Positions 1 to 9,604 of a stretch of DNA of 64,000 nt are shown piece after piece (within the stretch, counting starts at the first letter, position 1; each line of letters opens with the position of its first letter). Under the pieces are notes generated by a model. The model was not told the origin of the DNA and ran no database searches. It saw only the letters and a program-made list of their open reading frames with translations. The stretch lies in NCBI GenBank assembly GCA_020639075.1, contig JACKHI010000001.1:2662315-2726314 (forward strand). The letters run 5' to 3'. The translations under genes and the position numbers were made by a program. The stretch is from Phycisphaerales bacterium. Lineage in GTDB: Bacteria; Planctomycetota; Phycisphaerae; UBA1845; UTPLA1.

Positions 1-394
1 GACCATCACCAGCCTCCGGATCCTGAAGCCAATTTAGAGTCTACCGCCGACCAACTGGGATGTGTCGGAAAAACGCAGAAGCTGGTCCGCCGCGAACAGC
101 CGCACATGTCGACCTTAAAGGTGAGGCTGTCCGGGAATTCGAGTGAGGATTTCCGATTTGCAGAACCGTCCTAAACGCCAGTGTTTTTAAGGCCAACACA
201 GCTCCGAAGGAGCGACAGTTTTTAGCCACGGGTGGAGCGGAGACCGCATAGCGGTCGGAGCGCAACCCGTGGTTAGCGTTTTTTCCCTCGGGCTTAGCCC
301 TGAAAGGGCGACACAATTCCCGGACAGTCTCACCTTCAGGGTCGGCATGGCACCCTGCGTCAGCCCACTCGATCCCTATGCAAGCAACGCCCAC

Positions 395-1144
395 CTAATC
401 CCCAATCAACGTCCCCACCTTCTGCCCCAGCACTGCCTTCCGCATGTTCCCCGTCTCCATCAGGTTGAACACGAGAATCGGAACGCCGTGCTGCTGGCAC
501 ATGTCGATCGCCGAGACGTCCATCACTTTCAACCGCTTGTCGATCACTTCGTTGTAGTCCAGCTTCGCCAACAGCTTCGCGCCGGCATCCTTTACAGGGT
601 CCGCCGTGTATACGCCGTCGACCTTCGTCGCCTTGCACAACACGTCGGCGCCGATCTCCACGGCGCCCAGCGCCGCCGCCGTGTCCGTCGTCACGAACGG
701 CCGACCGGTGCCCGCCGCCAGGATCACGACGCGTCCCTTCTCCAGGTGCCGGATGCAGCGCCGGCGGATGAAATTCTCGCACGCACTATGAATCGCGATC
801 GACGACTGCACGCGCACGGGCTGCCCCATATCCTCCAGCACGTCCTGCAGCGCGAGGGCGTTGATGACTGTCGCCAGCATGCCCATGTAATGCGCCGTCG
901 CCTCCTGGATCCGCGCCTCGCTCGCAATCGTGGCGCCGCGCAGAAAGTTCCCGCCGCCGACGACGACGGCCACTTCCACACCGATCTCGCGAACGGACAT
1001 GATCTCCTTCGCAATCGCGCGCAGCGCCGTCCCGTCGATGCCCGTCTCGCCCTTCCTGCACAATCCTTCGCCGGAGATCTTCAGCAGCACTCGCTGATAT
1101 TGAGGTTTCTTCTTCGCCGTCCGTGTCGCCTTCTTTGTAGCCAT
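395..1144 (-). CDS. pyrH: UMP kinase
   Basis: Translation MATKKATRTAKKKPQYQRVLLKISGE...GGGNF...VVILAAGTGRPF matches the amino-acid kinase family of UMP kinases. Start ATG at 1144 chosen inside the longer ORF 395..1237. Follows tsf as in the conserved rpsB-tsf-pyrH arrangement. Confidence 0.9.
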   Translation of the reverse strand: MATKKATRTAKKKPQYQRVLLKISGEGLCRKGETGIDGTALRAIAKEIMSVREIGVEVAVVVGGGNFLRGATIASEARIQEATAHYMGMLATVINALALQDVLEDMGQPVRVQSSIAIHSACENFIRRRCIRHLEKGRVVILAAGTGRPFVTTDTAAALGAVEIGADVLCKATKVDGVYTADPVKDAGAKLLAKLDYNEVIDKRLKVMDVSAIDMCQQHGVPILVFNLMETGNMRKAVLGQKVGTLIGD

Positions 1145-1203
1145 TGCATCGTCCGAATGATTGAAATGCCTGTTCTGGTGCGTCGTCCACTCGCCGCACG
1201 CGC

Positions 1204-1231
1204 ATAAAAAAAGCCGCCCGAAAGCGGCTTG
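1204..1231 (-). terminator. Hairpin plus U-run between tsf and pyrH
   Basis: On the minus strand the sequence reads aagccgcTTTCGGgcggctt followed by TTTTTTTTAT, 13 nt after the tsf stop. Confidence 0.5.
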
Positions 1232-1243
1232 ATTCACGAAGCG

Positions 1244-2059
1244 TTATGCCAACGCCCCAACCTCGAACTTCAGGAAGCCCGTTATCTCGAAGCCGTTTTC
1301 TTTGGCATATTCGCCGACGCTCTTCTTGTCGTCCATGACGAACGGCTGCTCGACGAGCACGCGCTCGGCGAACCACTTGTCCATCTTGCCGGCGACAATC
1401 TTGTCGAGGATTTGCGGCGGCTTGCCCGCGGCCTCGGCCGACGCCTTCTCCTTCGCCTCTTTCACTGACGCCGCGTCCACGTCCTCTCGAACGCGGCCCG
1501 CAATGTCGGCCGTCGAAGCGATATGCATGCAAATGCTCTTGCCGGCATCGCCCGGCGCCGTCGTGCACGCGATCGCCGTGCCGATCTGCCCGTTGTGATG
1601 CACGTAGCAGGCGCTCGAACCTTCCATTCGCGCGAGCCGCTTGATCTGCATGTTCTCCTTGATGCGACCGAACGCATCCGTCAGGAAGTCCGTGACGCTC
1701 TGGCCGCTTTCCAGCTTGGAACTCTTGAACTGCTCGACGTCCGTGATGCCGGTCCGTACGCATTGCTCCGCCAGCTTGTCGGCGAGCGAACGGAAATCCG
1801 AGTTCGTCGCGACGAAATCCGTCTCGCAGCGCAGTTCGCATAGGGCGGCGCCCTTCTCGTCGGCGTACACGCCGATGCGGCCGTTGGCGGCCTCTTTCTC
1901 GCCGCGCTCCGACATTTTGCCGGCGAACTTCTTGCGCAGAATCTCCATCGCCGACGCTTCGTCGCCGTTCGCCTCGACCAGTGCGTTCTTCACGTCCATC
2001 ATCGCGAGGCCGGTCTTCGTTCGCAGTTCCTGTACTTGCTTGGCAGATATCGCAGCCAT
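1244..2059 (-). CDS. tsf: Translation elongation factor Ts
   Basis: MAAISAKQVQELRTKTGLAMMDVKNALVEANGD... is the classic EF-Ts N-terminal UBA-like motif. Start at 2059 chosen inside ORF 1244..2152. Confidence 0.9.
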   Translation of the reverse strand: MAAISAKQVQELRTKTGLAMMDVKNALVEANGDEASAMEILRKKFAGKMSERGEKEAANGRIGVYADEKGAALCELRCETDFVATNSDFRSLADKLAEQCVRTGITDVEQFKSSKLESGQSVTDFLTDAFGRIKENMQIKRLARMEGSSACYVHHNGQIGTAIACTTAPGDAGKSICMHIASTADIAGRVREDVDAASVKEAKEKASAEAAGKPPQILDKIVAGKMDKWFAERVLVEQPFVMDDKKSVGEYAKENGFEITGFLKFEVGALA

Positions 2060-2178
2060 GCTCTTCGTCTCTCCTGGGGGTGCTAATCCGGATGTAGAAA
2101 TCGCCGCGGCGGCGACGTTCGCGCCAGCCGCGGCGATCATGTCTTCATACAACTTGATGCCGTGTCAGACCAAGCGGC

Positions 2179-3063
2179 CTACGACACGCCATCCGATACT
2201 TCGGCAGGCCGACTTTCGGCATCCATCGTGGGTGCGGCGCCGGAAACGCTCTCGGCCTCTCCAGCATCGTCGCCCGAATGCTCGCCATCGGCGACGCTCG
2301 ACGTCGATGCACGCTTCGATCGCCGTCGATGGCCGGGACCGCCGGCCGACTGCTCGCCGTCCTTTTCCGCTTCGGCTTGCCGACCGCGCTTGCCCAATTC
2401 GGCTGCATCCGCCAACTGCGAGATGATCAGCTCGATGCCGCGCATGGCGTCGTCGTTGCCCGGAATCAGAATGTCCGCGCCGTCCGGATCGCTGTCCGTG
2501 TCAACAAGGCAGACTGTCGGGATGCGCAGCTTCGCGGCTTCCTTGACAGCAATGTGCTCGCGCTTGATGTCGACCAGCACGATCGCGCCCGGGACCTTCG
2601 TCATCCGACGAATGCCGTCCAGGTTTCGTGCGATCTTCTCGCGCTCCCGCGCGATGCGCGACTGCTCTTTCTTGCTGAAATTCTTGCTTTCGCCCGTCTT
2701 TTCGAGTGTTTCAAGATGCTCCAGGCGACCGAGTCGCGAACGGATCGTCTTGAAGTTTGTGAGGGTACCGCCCAGCCACCGCTCATTCACGTAGTGCATT
2801 CCTACGCGCTCAGCATGCTTTGCCACGGAGTCTCGAGCCTGGCGCTTCGTGCCGACAAACAGCACGTCCTGGCCGGCCGATACGACTGCCGTTACGAATT
2901 TCTTCGCTCGAAGCAGGCCTTTCACGGTCTCGCGGATGTCGATGATGTGAATCGAATTCCGTTTGCCGAAGATGTAGGGACCCATCTTGGGGTTCCACCG
3001 ACTCGCGCGGTGCCCAAAGTGGATGCCCGCATCAATCAACTCACGGACCAACGCTGACGACAA
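2179..3063 (-). CDS. rpsB: 30S ribosomal protein S2
   Basis: LIDAGIHFGHRASRWNPKMGPYIFG...IVLVDIKREHIAVKEAAKLRIPTVCLVDTDSDP matches the S2 family. Apparent TTG start preceded by AGGAGGTG. Acidic low-complexity C-terminal tail. Confidence 0.9.
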   Translation of the reverse strand: MSSALVRELIDAGIHFGHRASRWNPKMGPYIFGKRNSIHIIDIRETVKGLLRAKKFVTAVVSAGQDVLFVGTKRQARDSVAKHAERVGMHYVNERWLGGTLTNFKTIRSRLGRLEHLETLEKTGESKNFSKKEQSRIAREREKIARNLDGIRRMTKVPGAIVLVDIKREHIAVKEAAKLRIPTVCLVDTDSDPDGADILIPGNDDAMRGIELIISQLADAAELGKRGRQAEAEKDGEQSAGGPGHRRRSKRASTSSVADGEHSGDDAGEAESVSGAAPTMDAESRPAEVSDGVS

Positions 3064-3185
3064 ATGTCACCTCCTAAATCAGGGGTTTCCGGGTTCTGCG
3101 CAAAATTGCGCCAAGACTCGTAAGGATAAGTGGATAACGGAAAACCGTCAACGAATGGGCAGCTCCCCATTCCGGCCATCCGACT

Positions 3186-3270
3186 GCCGATTTCGCCGGG
3201 TGCCACTGCCAGGTGCCACTGCTTTCAAGCAGTGCCGGACGCGAACCCGGGTGCCACTGCTCTCAAGCAG
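3186..3270. repeat. Cluster of three REP-like palindromic units (GTGCCACTGCTYTCAAGCAGTGC)
   Basis: Tandem units gggtgccactgc...; each has the stem CACTGCT/AGCAGTG with loop TTCA or CTCA. Intergenic between rpsB and lpxB. The same unit recurs at 4741-4768. Confidence 0.5.
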
Positions 3271-3520
3271 TGCAGGGCGCGAAGAAGTCCAAGTAGTTGA
3301 AAATCGCCAATTCGTCAACAAAATCGCGTTACCTGAATCGCCGCCATCGGGCCATCCGCCCGCCCGCCCCTGTTCGTCGCATCAATCGCCAGAATCCCAT
3401 GCCGAGGTCACGCAATGCCGCGTCCAAATTCCAGAACCCGAAAGTCCGATTCTGAATCGAAGTTTCGCTATTTATCGGACGTCTTGCCGTTCCGCCGTTT
3501 TGCTACCATGCTCCCGCAAA

Positions 3521-4738
3521 ATGACCATGACCGCCGACGATCTCACTTCGACCATGCCGCCCTCCGCCAACGCACAGGCTCCGCGCATTTTCGTCAGCGT
3601 CGCCGAGCAAAGCGCGGATGAGCACGCCGCGATTCTCGTTCGCGCGTTCAAACAATCGCACCCCGACGCCAGATTCAGCGGGCTCGCCGGCCCCGCCCTT
3701 CAGGCCGAGGGCGCAGAGTCCTTTGAGAACCTGACCGGCCAGTCCGCCATGGCTGCCGCCGCATTCAAGAAAATCCCTTGGGCGCTGCGCCTGATGCGTC
3801 GCGTTCGACGCTACCTGAACGCCGAACATTACGACGCCGCCGTCCTCGTCGATTCCCCCGCGCTTCATCTGCCCATGGCGAAGATCTGCCAGAGCCTCGG
3901 CATTCCCGTGCTCTTCTTCATCGCACCGCAGACGTGGGCGTGGGGACCGCCGAATTGGCGCAACCAACGCATCCGCAAGCGCGTCGATCGACTCGCCTGT
4001 ATCTGGCCCTTTGAAGAACCCTACTTTCAAAACGCCGGTATCAACGCCAGATACGTCGGGCATCCCTCATTCGATCGGCTCGCCGCGGTCGACGTCAGCC
4101 AGCAGGCCATCGACGGTCATCGACTCGGCGCCCAGCAGGTCATCTCATTGCTGCCGGGCTCGCGTCCGCACGTCATCAACGAAGTTCTGCCGGGACAGCT
4201 CGAAATCGCCACGGCCCTCGCGCGACGCTTTGCGAAACTCCGCGTCCTCGCCGTCGCAGCGAATGACGACGCGCGAAATCGAATCGAAGAACTGAACAAG
4301 AAACTCGCGCCAAACCTCCCGATCACTTTGCTCCAGGGAGACGACGCACGAGCAGAAGCGATCCGGGCCGCCGATCTCGTCCTCGTCGCGTCGGGCACTG
4401 TCACGCTCGAAGTCGCCTACTGGGCGACGCCCATGATCGTCATGTACAACTCGAATCGCTGGCTCTATCGCCTCATCGGTCGCTGGCTCATCCGCACACC
4501 GTGGCTGTCGATACCAAACATCGTCGCGCAGCGCGATCTGGTTCCGGAGTACATGCCGTACTACACATCGACCGCCCCGATCGCGGCCCAGGCGATCGAC
4601 TGGCTCAGCAATCCCCTCGCGCGACAACGCATCCGCGACGATTTGCGCCGCACGATTCAACCCCTGGTCAAAACCGGCGCCGCCGCCAACGCCGCCGAAG
4701 AACTCCGGCAACTCCTTCAACAATCAAAACGCAAGTAA
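3521..4738 (+). CDS. lpxB: Lipid-A-disaccharide synthase
   Basis: GT19-family hallmarks: RIFVSVAEQSADEHAA, LVDSPALHLPMAKICQSLGIPVLFFIAPQTWAWGP, LLPGSR, VLVASGTVTLE. Start at ATG 3521 (MTMTADDL). The upstream 534 nt of the ORF lie over REP repeats and look non-coding. Confidence 0.8.
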   Translation: MTMTADDLTSTMPPSANAQAPRIFVSVAEQSADEHAAILVRAFKQSHPDARFSGLAGPALQAEGAESFENLTGQSAMAAAAFKKIPWALRLMRRVRRYLNAEHYDAAVLVDSPALHLPMAKICQSLGIPVLFFIAPQTWAWGPPNWRNQRIRKRVDRLACIWPFEEPYFQNAGINARYVGHPSFDRLAAVDVSQQAIDGHRLGAQQVISLLPGSRPHVINEVLPGQLEIATALARRFAKLRVLAVAANDDARNRIEELNKKLAPNLPITLLQGDDARAEAIRAADLVLVASGTVTLEVAYWATPMIVMYNSNRWLYRLIGRWLIRTPWLSIPNIVAQRDLVPEYMPYYTSTAPIAAQAIDWLSNPLARQRIRDDLRRTIQPLVKTGAAANAAEELRQLLQQSKRK

Positions 4739-4740
4739 AA

Positions 4741-4768
4741 CTGGGTGCCACTGCTCTCAAGCAGTGCG
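4741..4768. repeat. REP-like palindrome, same family as 3186-3270
   Basis: ctgggtgccactgctctcaagcagtgcggc lies immediately after the lpxB stop. Confidence 0.4.
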
Positions 4769-4975
4769 GCGCTCGCGGCAACCGCCGCTGGTGCGAGATT
4801 CCCTTCGCTCGGCTGGTGCGAGAATCCCTTCTCGCACCCACTCCCCGCGGGAATCCCTTCCCGCCAAGCTGAGAAACGCACTCCCGCCCGACAAGACCAA
4901 CACCGCATGCGCAATGAAAAAGGACGGAAAATTCCGTCCTTTCTCATACATCCTAATTTTAGACAATCGTCGCAA

Positions 4976-5515
4976 TTACGCCAGCTTCGGCGCCGGCGGA
5001 AAATCAACGACCGTCCCAGCAATATGATTGAAGTAGTTCGTGAACAGGTTGATTGCGATGACCGCCACGATTTCCACGATCTGCTGATCGTTGAAGCCCG
5101 CGTCGCGCAACGCATTCACGTCGCCGTCGCCCACGTTGCCGCGCTTCTCGACGACGTTTTGCGCGAACTTAATCGCGGCCTGCGCATTCGCGTCGCTTGC
5201 CTTGCCCTGTCGCGCCGCGAGCGTGTCATCCTGGCTGAGGCCGAGCGACGTGCCGATCGCCGTGTGAGCGGCCAGGCAGTAATCGCAGGAATTCGCCTGC
5301 CCCACCGCCAGCGCCAACTGCTCCCGCAGCTTGCCCGGCAGCGAAGTCGTCGCCATCGCACCGCTGAATCCCAGGTAAGCCTGCAGCGCCGCCGGTGCGT
5401 GTGCCAGCGTCAGAAAGATATTCGGCGTCTTGCCGAGCTTCTTCTTCACACCATCCAACAGCTCCTTCGCCTTATCGTCAGCATTGTTCGGATCGATCGG
5501 ATTGATTCGCGCCAT
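4976..5515 (-). CDS. Carboxymuconolactone decarboxylase / AhpD-like family protein
   Basis: ALAVGQANSCDYCLAAHTAIG is the AhpD-like CxxC/H core. About 180 aa from ATG 5515 (MARINPIDP). Confidence 0.7.
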   Translation of the reverse strand: MARINPIDPNNADDKAKELLDGVKKKLGKTPNIFLTLAHAPAALQAYLGFSGAMATTSLPGKLREQLALAVGQANSCDYCLAAHTAIGTSLGLSQDDTLAARQGKASDANAQAAIKFAQNVVEKRGNVGDGDVNALRDAGFNDQQIVEIVAVIAINLFTNYFNHIAGTVVDFPPAPKLA

Positions 5516-5699
5516 GTACTGTCTCCTACACTTCTTTCCGACGCGCGACACGCGCATCCACACAGTTCCACTCATACGACGGCGATCGCAAACGCCGCGC
5601 AACACATCAATCGGCGTTCTGACGGGTAGCGCAGCGACCCGACGGACGACGATCCGATACTCTAGCGCCAATAAAACGAATTTGCCCGATTCGGGCGAA

Positions 5700-6290
5700 T
5701 CAACCATTCGCAGCGACAAAACTCGCCAGACATCCGTCGATCGCGGCCATCATTGTCGTGCTGTCGAAAGGCTTCTCGAGGACCTGATCGAATCCTTGCT
5801 GCCGCAGCGCTTCCGGCGATCCTTCGGCGGACCTTTCGACCATCGCGATCAGCGAACAATCCCGCAGATTCGCGATATTGCGAATGCTCCGAACCGTTTC
5901 CCGGCCCGCAAACCCCGGCATCGAGACGTCGACCAGCATCACCTGAGGTCCTTCCGCCTCCGACTTCGCCCCCGCTTCAAACGCGGAGCGAACCAGCGTG
6001 ACCTGGAACCCCGGCGTCTTCTCCAAAACCGTCGTCAACGCGGAACCCAGATCCGCATCCCGCTCCGCAATCAGCACGCGCACGAGCCCCGTATCGAGCC
6101 CCTCCAACGGCATGCTGTGCGCCTTCATGAACCGAACGAGTTGATCGAGCGGAATCCGACGGTCCTTGCTTCCAGGAATCCGATAGCCGCGCAGCTTCCC
6201 GCTGTCGAACCACTTCGACACCGTCCGCGGCGCGACGTTGCAGATTTTCGCGACTTCGCCAGTCGTCAGAACTTCCTTGGGCTGTCGCAT
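5700..6290 (-). CDS. Response regulator with N-terminal MerR/excisionase-type HTH and C-terminal receiver domain
   Basis: N-terminus LTTGEVAKICNVAPRTVSKWFDSGKLRGYRIPGSKDRRIP is an HTH_17/excisionase-type helix-turn-helix. C-terminus RVLIAERDADLG...VMLVDVSMPGFAG...CSLIAMVERS is a CheY-like receiver. Confidence 0.7.
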   Translation of the reverse strand: MRQPKEVLTTGEVAKICNVAPRTVSKWFDSGKLRGYRIPGSKDRRIPLDQLVRFMKAHSMPLEGLDTGLVRVLIAERDADLGSALTTVLEKTPGFQVTLVRSAFEAGAKSEAEGPQVMLVDVSMPGFAGRETVRSIRNIANLRDCSLIAMVERSAEGSPEALRQQGFDQVLEKPFDSTTMMAAIDGCLASFVAANG

Positions 6291-6708
6291 CGAAATCCCC
6301 CCGGACGACGATTCAAGACAAGTACTCGCGATCGTGCGATTCGTCGTGACCTGCGATTCCGCGACGATCCCTACGATCCGAACAACCAACACAATCGAAT
6401 CGGCTCCGCAAACCGCCGCCTTGCGGTCAAACGCCCGTCGCCCCCCCTATCGGACACGACCGATATGAATTGAACACCCCGCAATTTCGCGAACGCACTG
6501 CAACGGCAATGAGCGAAGACACTCGCCCGCAAGGCCGACGGCCTCTGGAATCGATGACCTTCAAATCTATAGGACCTAAAACTCGCTAAAACAAGCGGCA
6601 ATCGTCGGCGCGCCATGGGCGGCCCGCCTTTCGCGGAGGGACATCGAAAACCGTTCGCTCGCAATCGCCCAACGCACAATGAAGCCGACTCATCGAGATA
6701 GAAAATCG

Positions 6709-7434
6709 TCAATCCTCGATTTCTTCATACTCTTCCCCCGGAAGCAGCACGTTCCGCACGGGCGTCGTCAACTTCAGCGCATCGAACGCCAGTGCCAGCC
6801 CGACGGCAAGCAATACCGCGCCAATGGCTGTTCGTACCGGCCAGATCCATCCGCGATGCCCGGCTTCCACCTTCTGAGTTTCGCCTCGCACATCGATCGA
6901 CGCGACGCCGGATTTCGTCACCCATCGCGCATATCCAAGGGCGCCGCCGGGAGGAGACGATTCCGATAGATAGCTCTTGAACCGCTGAACCGACTCCGTC
7001 GACAATTCCGACAGCGCCGCCAGCCGACGCGCCTCGTCCGTTTCCTTCTGCAGAATCACGTTTCGCGCTTTGGAGAACATCGGAGGACGACCGACGCGCC
7101 CACAGAACCACCAGTACTCGGAGTACAGCACACCCGACATACTGATCGCCACCAGCAGCAGGATGCCCACCCAGAGCCGGTGGCGCGACACGGGGCGCGC
7201 GGCCCGCGCGAATCGAAACGCAATGCCGCCCGCAATCAATCCCTCGATGAAAAAACCGAGCAAACCGCTGAAGAACGGCAGCCACAGAAGTGTCCCCAGC
7301 AACACGTCCAGGACCAGTAACAGGATCGCTGCAATCACCAGCGCCCGAAAGAACGCCGCCGGATCGGCCGGCTTCACGATCGGCGCCCCCACGTCCACTG
7401 CATTTCCAGCCTGCTGTTGCGGTTCGTCTGCCAT
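6709..7434 (-). CDS. Hypothetical multi-pass membrane protein
   Basis: Several hydrophobic helices (LVIAAILLLVLDVLLGTLLWLPFFSGLLGFFIEGLIAGGIAF; VGILLLVAISMSGVLY). No recognisable domain. Confidence 0.5.
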   Translation of the reverse strand: MADEPQQQAGNAVDVGAPIVKPADPAAFFRALVIAAILLLVLDVLLGTLLWLPFFSGLLGFFIEGLIAGGIAFRFARAARPVSRHRLWVGILLLVAISMSGVLYSEYWWFCGRVGRPPMFSKARNVILQKETDEARRLAALSELSTESVQRFKSYLSESSPPGGALGYARWVTKSGVASIDVRGETQKVEAGHRGWIWPVRTAIGAVLLAVGLALAFDALKLTTPVRNVLLPGEEYEEIED

Positions 7435-7644
7435 CGGCGCTCCACGATAGGAATCCACGGCCCGCCGATCAAGCGGGGAAATCCGGCGGATTCGCCGACG
7501 CCACACGACGCCGGGCCGAGGGTTCGACGCCGAAATCCCGACATCGTCCAGCCGCCCTGGAATTTGCCGCGCCGCACGTCCCGCCCTACATTACGCGATT
7601 CGCTGGACGCCAACATCACCATCGATTGAATAAGGCTGCTGCAC

Positions 7645-8079
7645 ATGTTGAAGAAGCATCCACTCCAGATAGCGCTCGCGTCGCTCCTCCTGCTGACCTT
7701 CGTACAGGCCGGCTGCTCCAGCAAAAGCAGCTCCGACAAGACGTCCTCACGCAAAGGCGAAGTGAAGTCCATCGATCTCGCCAACCGTGAAGTCGTCATG
7801 ATGTTCACGAAGAAAGACGGTACGCAAACACCGCTAAAAGGCACGTATACCGACGAAACCGTCGTCCGCATCAACGGTCGTGTCATGACCATCAAAGACA
7901 TCAAAGTGGGCGACCAAGTGGAGGTCGTCGGCCGCAAGGAAGGCAGCGGCACCAACCAGCAGTTGATCGCGACCGAAGTCAAAGTGACTCGGATCGAAGG
8001 CGACTGGCAGGAAACGGGGAAAGACGCCAAGCCCGCGGCCAATGTCGCCGACAGTAATACGCCGGAGACCGAAGGCTGA
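7645..8079 (+). CDS. Lipoprotein, hypothetical
   Basis: Signal peptide with lipobox LTFVQAGC. 144 aa. Confidence 0.6.
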   Translation: MLKKHPLQIALASLLLLTFVQAGCSSKSSSDKTSSRKGEVKSIDLANREVVMMFTKKDGTQTPLKGTYTDETVVRINGRVMTIKDIKVGDQVEVVGRKEGSGTNQQLIATEVKVTRIEGDWQETGKDAKPAANVADSNTPETEG

Positions 8080-8167
8080 TTCGCCTGTTTGTTGTGCGAT
8101 ACGATCGATTTGGAACGCATCAACCGGCGAACTTTTGCAACAAGAACGTAACTCGGAGAATCGAACC

Positions 8168-8788
8168 ATGCGACGATTGACTGACATGAACGCTCTGACC
8201 CTGACGGCATGCCTGAGTGTCGCCGTCGCGCTCGGACTCGGCTGCGACGCGACGAAATCCGCGTCGAGCGGCAACTCGAACAACGCCGCGAATTCGGCCA
8301 AGTCGGCATCGGCCGAGCACGCCGAATCGTCCGACGCGCCCAAGTCCGATGTCGAGAGCCACGACAGCCAAGATCACGCCAGCCCAGATGATCCCCACGC
8401 CGACGCCCCTCACGGCGACGTCGTCGGAAACGGCGTTCCAAGTCTCGATGAGAACGGTCTCGTCGATCTGAGCAAGCTCCACATCGAACGCCGCCCCAGC
8501 GGCATCAAGCCGACGAATCGCCGCGATGCGACCGGCGACATGATCTACGCCACGGTCCGCGTCCAAATGGACATCCTCCTCGCGGATCGCAAGGCACTGC
8601 TCGACGCCGGCCACGATGTGACCGACCCGGAAGTTCGACGCAAGGAGGATTCCATCCGCAAGGCGATCGCCCTGCTGACGGAAAATGGCGAGGCAATTGA
8701 ACCGATCGACCCGCCGATCGAGGGTCTTGTCCTGCCGCGCACGGATGCGAATGCGTCGGGAACCACCGACACTGACTACGTACCGTAG
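8168..8788 (+). CDS. Lipoprotein, hypothetical (acidic, His/Asp-rich N-terminal region)
   Basis: GGAG RBS before ATG 8168. Lipobox LGLGC. Followed by a strong terminator. Confidence 0.6.
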   Translation: MRRLTDMNALTLTACLSVAVALGLGCDATKSASSGNSNNAANSAKSASAEHAESSDAPKSDVESHDSQDHASPDDPHADAPHGDVVGNGVPSLDENGLVDLSKLHIERRPSGIKPTNRRDATGDMIYATVRVQMDILLADRKALLDAGHDVTDPEVRRKEDSIRKAIALLTENGEAIEPIDPPIEGLVLPRTDANASGTTDTDYVP

Positions 8789-8810
8789 CCGATCACATCA
8801 CCGACAAAAC

Positions 8811-8856
8811 GCAATTGATCCGGCTCAAGCGACTGTCAACGCAGTCGCTTGAGCCG
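8811..8856 (+). terminator. Rho-independent terminator
   Basis: Perfect 16-bp stem ccggctcaagcgactg / cagtcgcttgagccgg with loop tcaacg, then TTGTCTTT. Confidence 0.6.
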
Positions 8857-8899
8857 GTTGTCTTTACGGAACCGCCGCGATCCGTTGAGATTCCGTCTG

Positions 8900-9604
8900 A
8901 TGACGACTGATGCCGACATCAGACGATATGATCTGACTGATTTCCAGCGCGACCAGGTGCCGCTGCTCGATCGCTTCCTCGGCCTGACGGCCAACACGAT
9001 CGCCGACCTCGGCGCGGGGCTCGGGATTCACGCCCGGCTCATGATCGATCGCAGCCGCATTGTCCACGCCGTCGATCAGTCGCCCACGAACGAACTTCGC
9101 CAACTCGCCGCCGCGAATCCCGACCATTGTCGGATCGTCATTGCCGACGTCGCCGCGCCGCCATTCGACGACGCATCCCTCGACGGCATCTGGGCGTCGC
9201 ATTGCCTTGAGCACTTGACGGACCCGCTCGCCGCGCTCGAACGCTGGCGACGAATGTTGAAACCGAACGCTCGCCTCGCCGTCATCGTGCCGCCGTTCAA
9301 GACGGAAGTCGTGGGGCGACACGTGTTCACCGGCTGGACGATCGGTCAGCTCGCGCTAACGCTTCTGCGTACCGGCTACTGCATTCGCGACGGCGCTTTC
9401 AGGAAAAACGGTTACAACATCTGCGCAATCGTCCGCCCCGATCCCGATCCGCCGACGCTCAAACCCAATGACGAAATCCTCTGCGAACACGCCGATCGCT
9501 TTCCGCCACTGATGCGCCACGAGATTCTTCGCAACAAGCGAACGAATACGTTCGGCGAGACGATCAGCTGTTTTGATGGGGCGTTTGAGAGTGTGGGTTG
9601 GTAG
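8900..9604 (+). CDS. Class I SAM-dependent methyltransferase
   Basis: LGAGLGIHA (motif I glycine-rich loop), IVIADVAAPPFDDASLDGIWASHCLEHL, RMLKPNARLAV: Methyltransf_11-like. Confidence 0.7.
   Translation: MTTDADIRRYDLTDFQRDQVPLLDRFLGLTANTIADLGAGLGIHARLMIDRSRIVHAVDQSPTNELRQLAAANPDHCRIVIADVAAPPFDDASLDGIWASHCLEHLTDPLAALERWRRMLKPNARLAVIVPPFKTEVVGRHVFTGWTIGQLALTLLRTGYCIRDGAFRKNGYNICAIVRPDPDPPTLKPNDEILCEHADRFPPLMRHEILRNKRTNTFGETISCFDGAFESVGW

Noticed and set aside
1-394. tmRNA or RNase P RNA in the gene-free region after pyrH
   Set aside because: Looked for tmRNA hallmarks (5' GGGG...TTCGACG, tag ORF ending ...LAA, 3' T-arm-CCA) and RNase P P4 motifs (GGAAAGTCCGGGC, ACAGAANCCGGCTTA) on both strands. 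Only weak partial matches were found.
786-1841. 351-aa ORF on the minus strand spanning pyrH and tsf in another frame, plus similar long antisense or out-of-frame ORFs (269-1207, 12048-13376, 27396-29327, 36213-37184, 46730-47437, 58412-59032 and others)
   Set aside because: Arg/Ala/Gly/Pro-rich low-complexity translations are typical of shadow frames in high-GC DNA. Each overlaps a confidently assigned gene on the other strand or frame.
2987-3520. Upstream extension of the lpxB ORF
   Set aside because: It overlaps the rpsB start and the REP-like repeat cluster. Homology to LpxB begins at MTMTADDL (3521).
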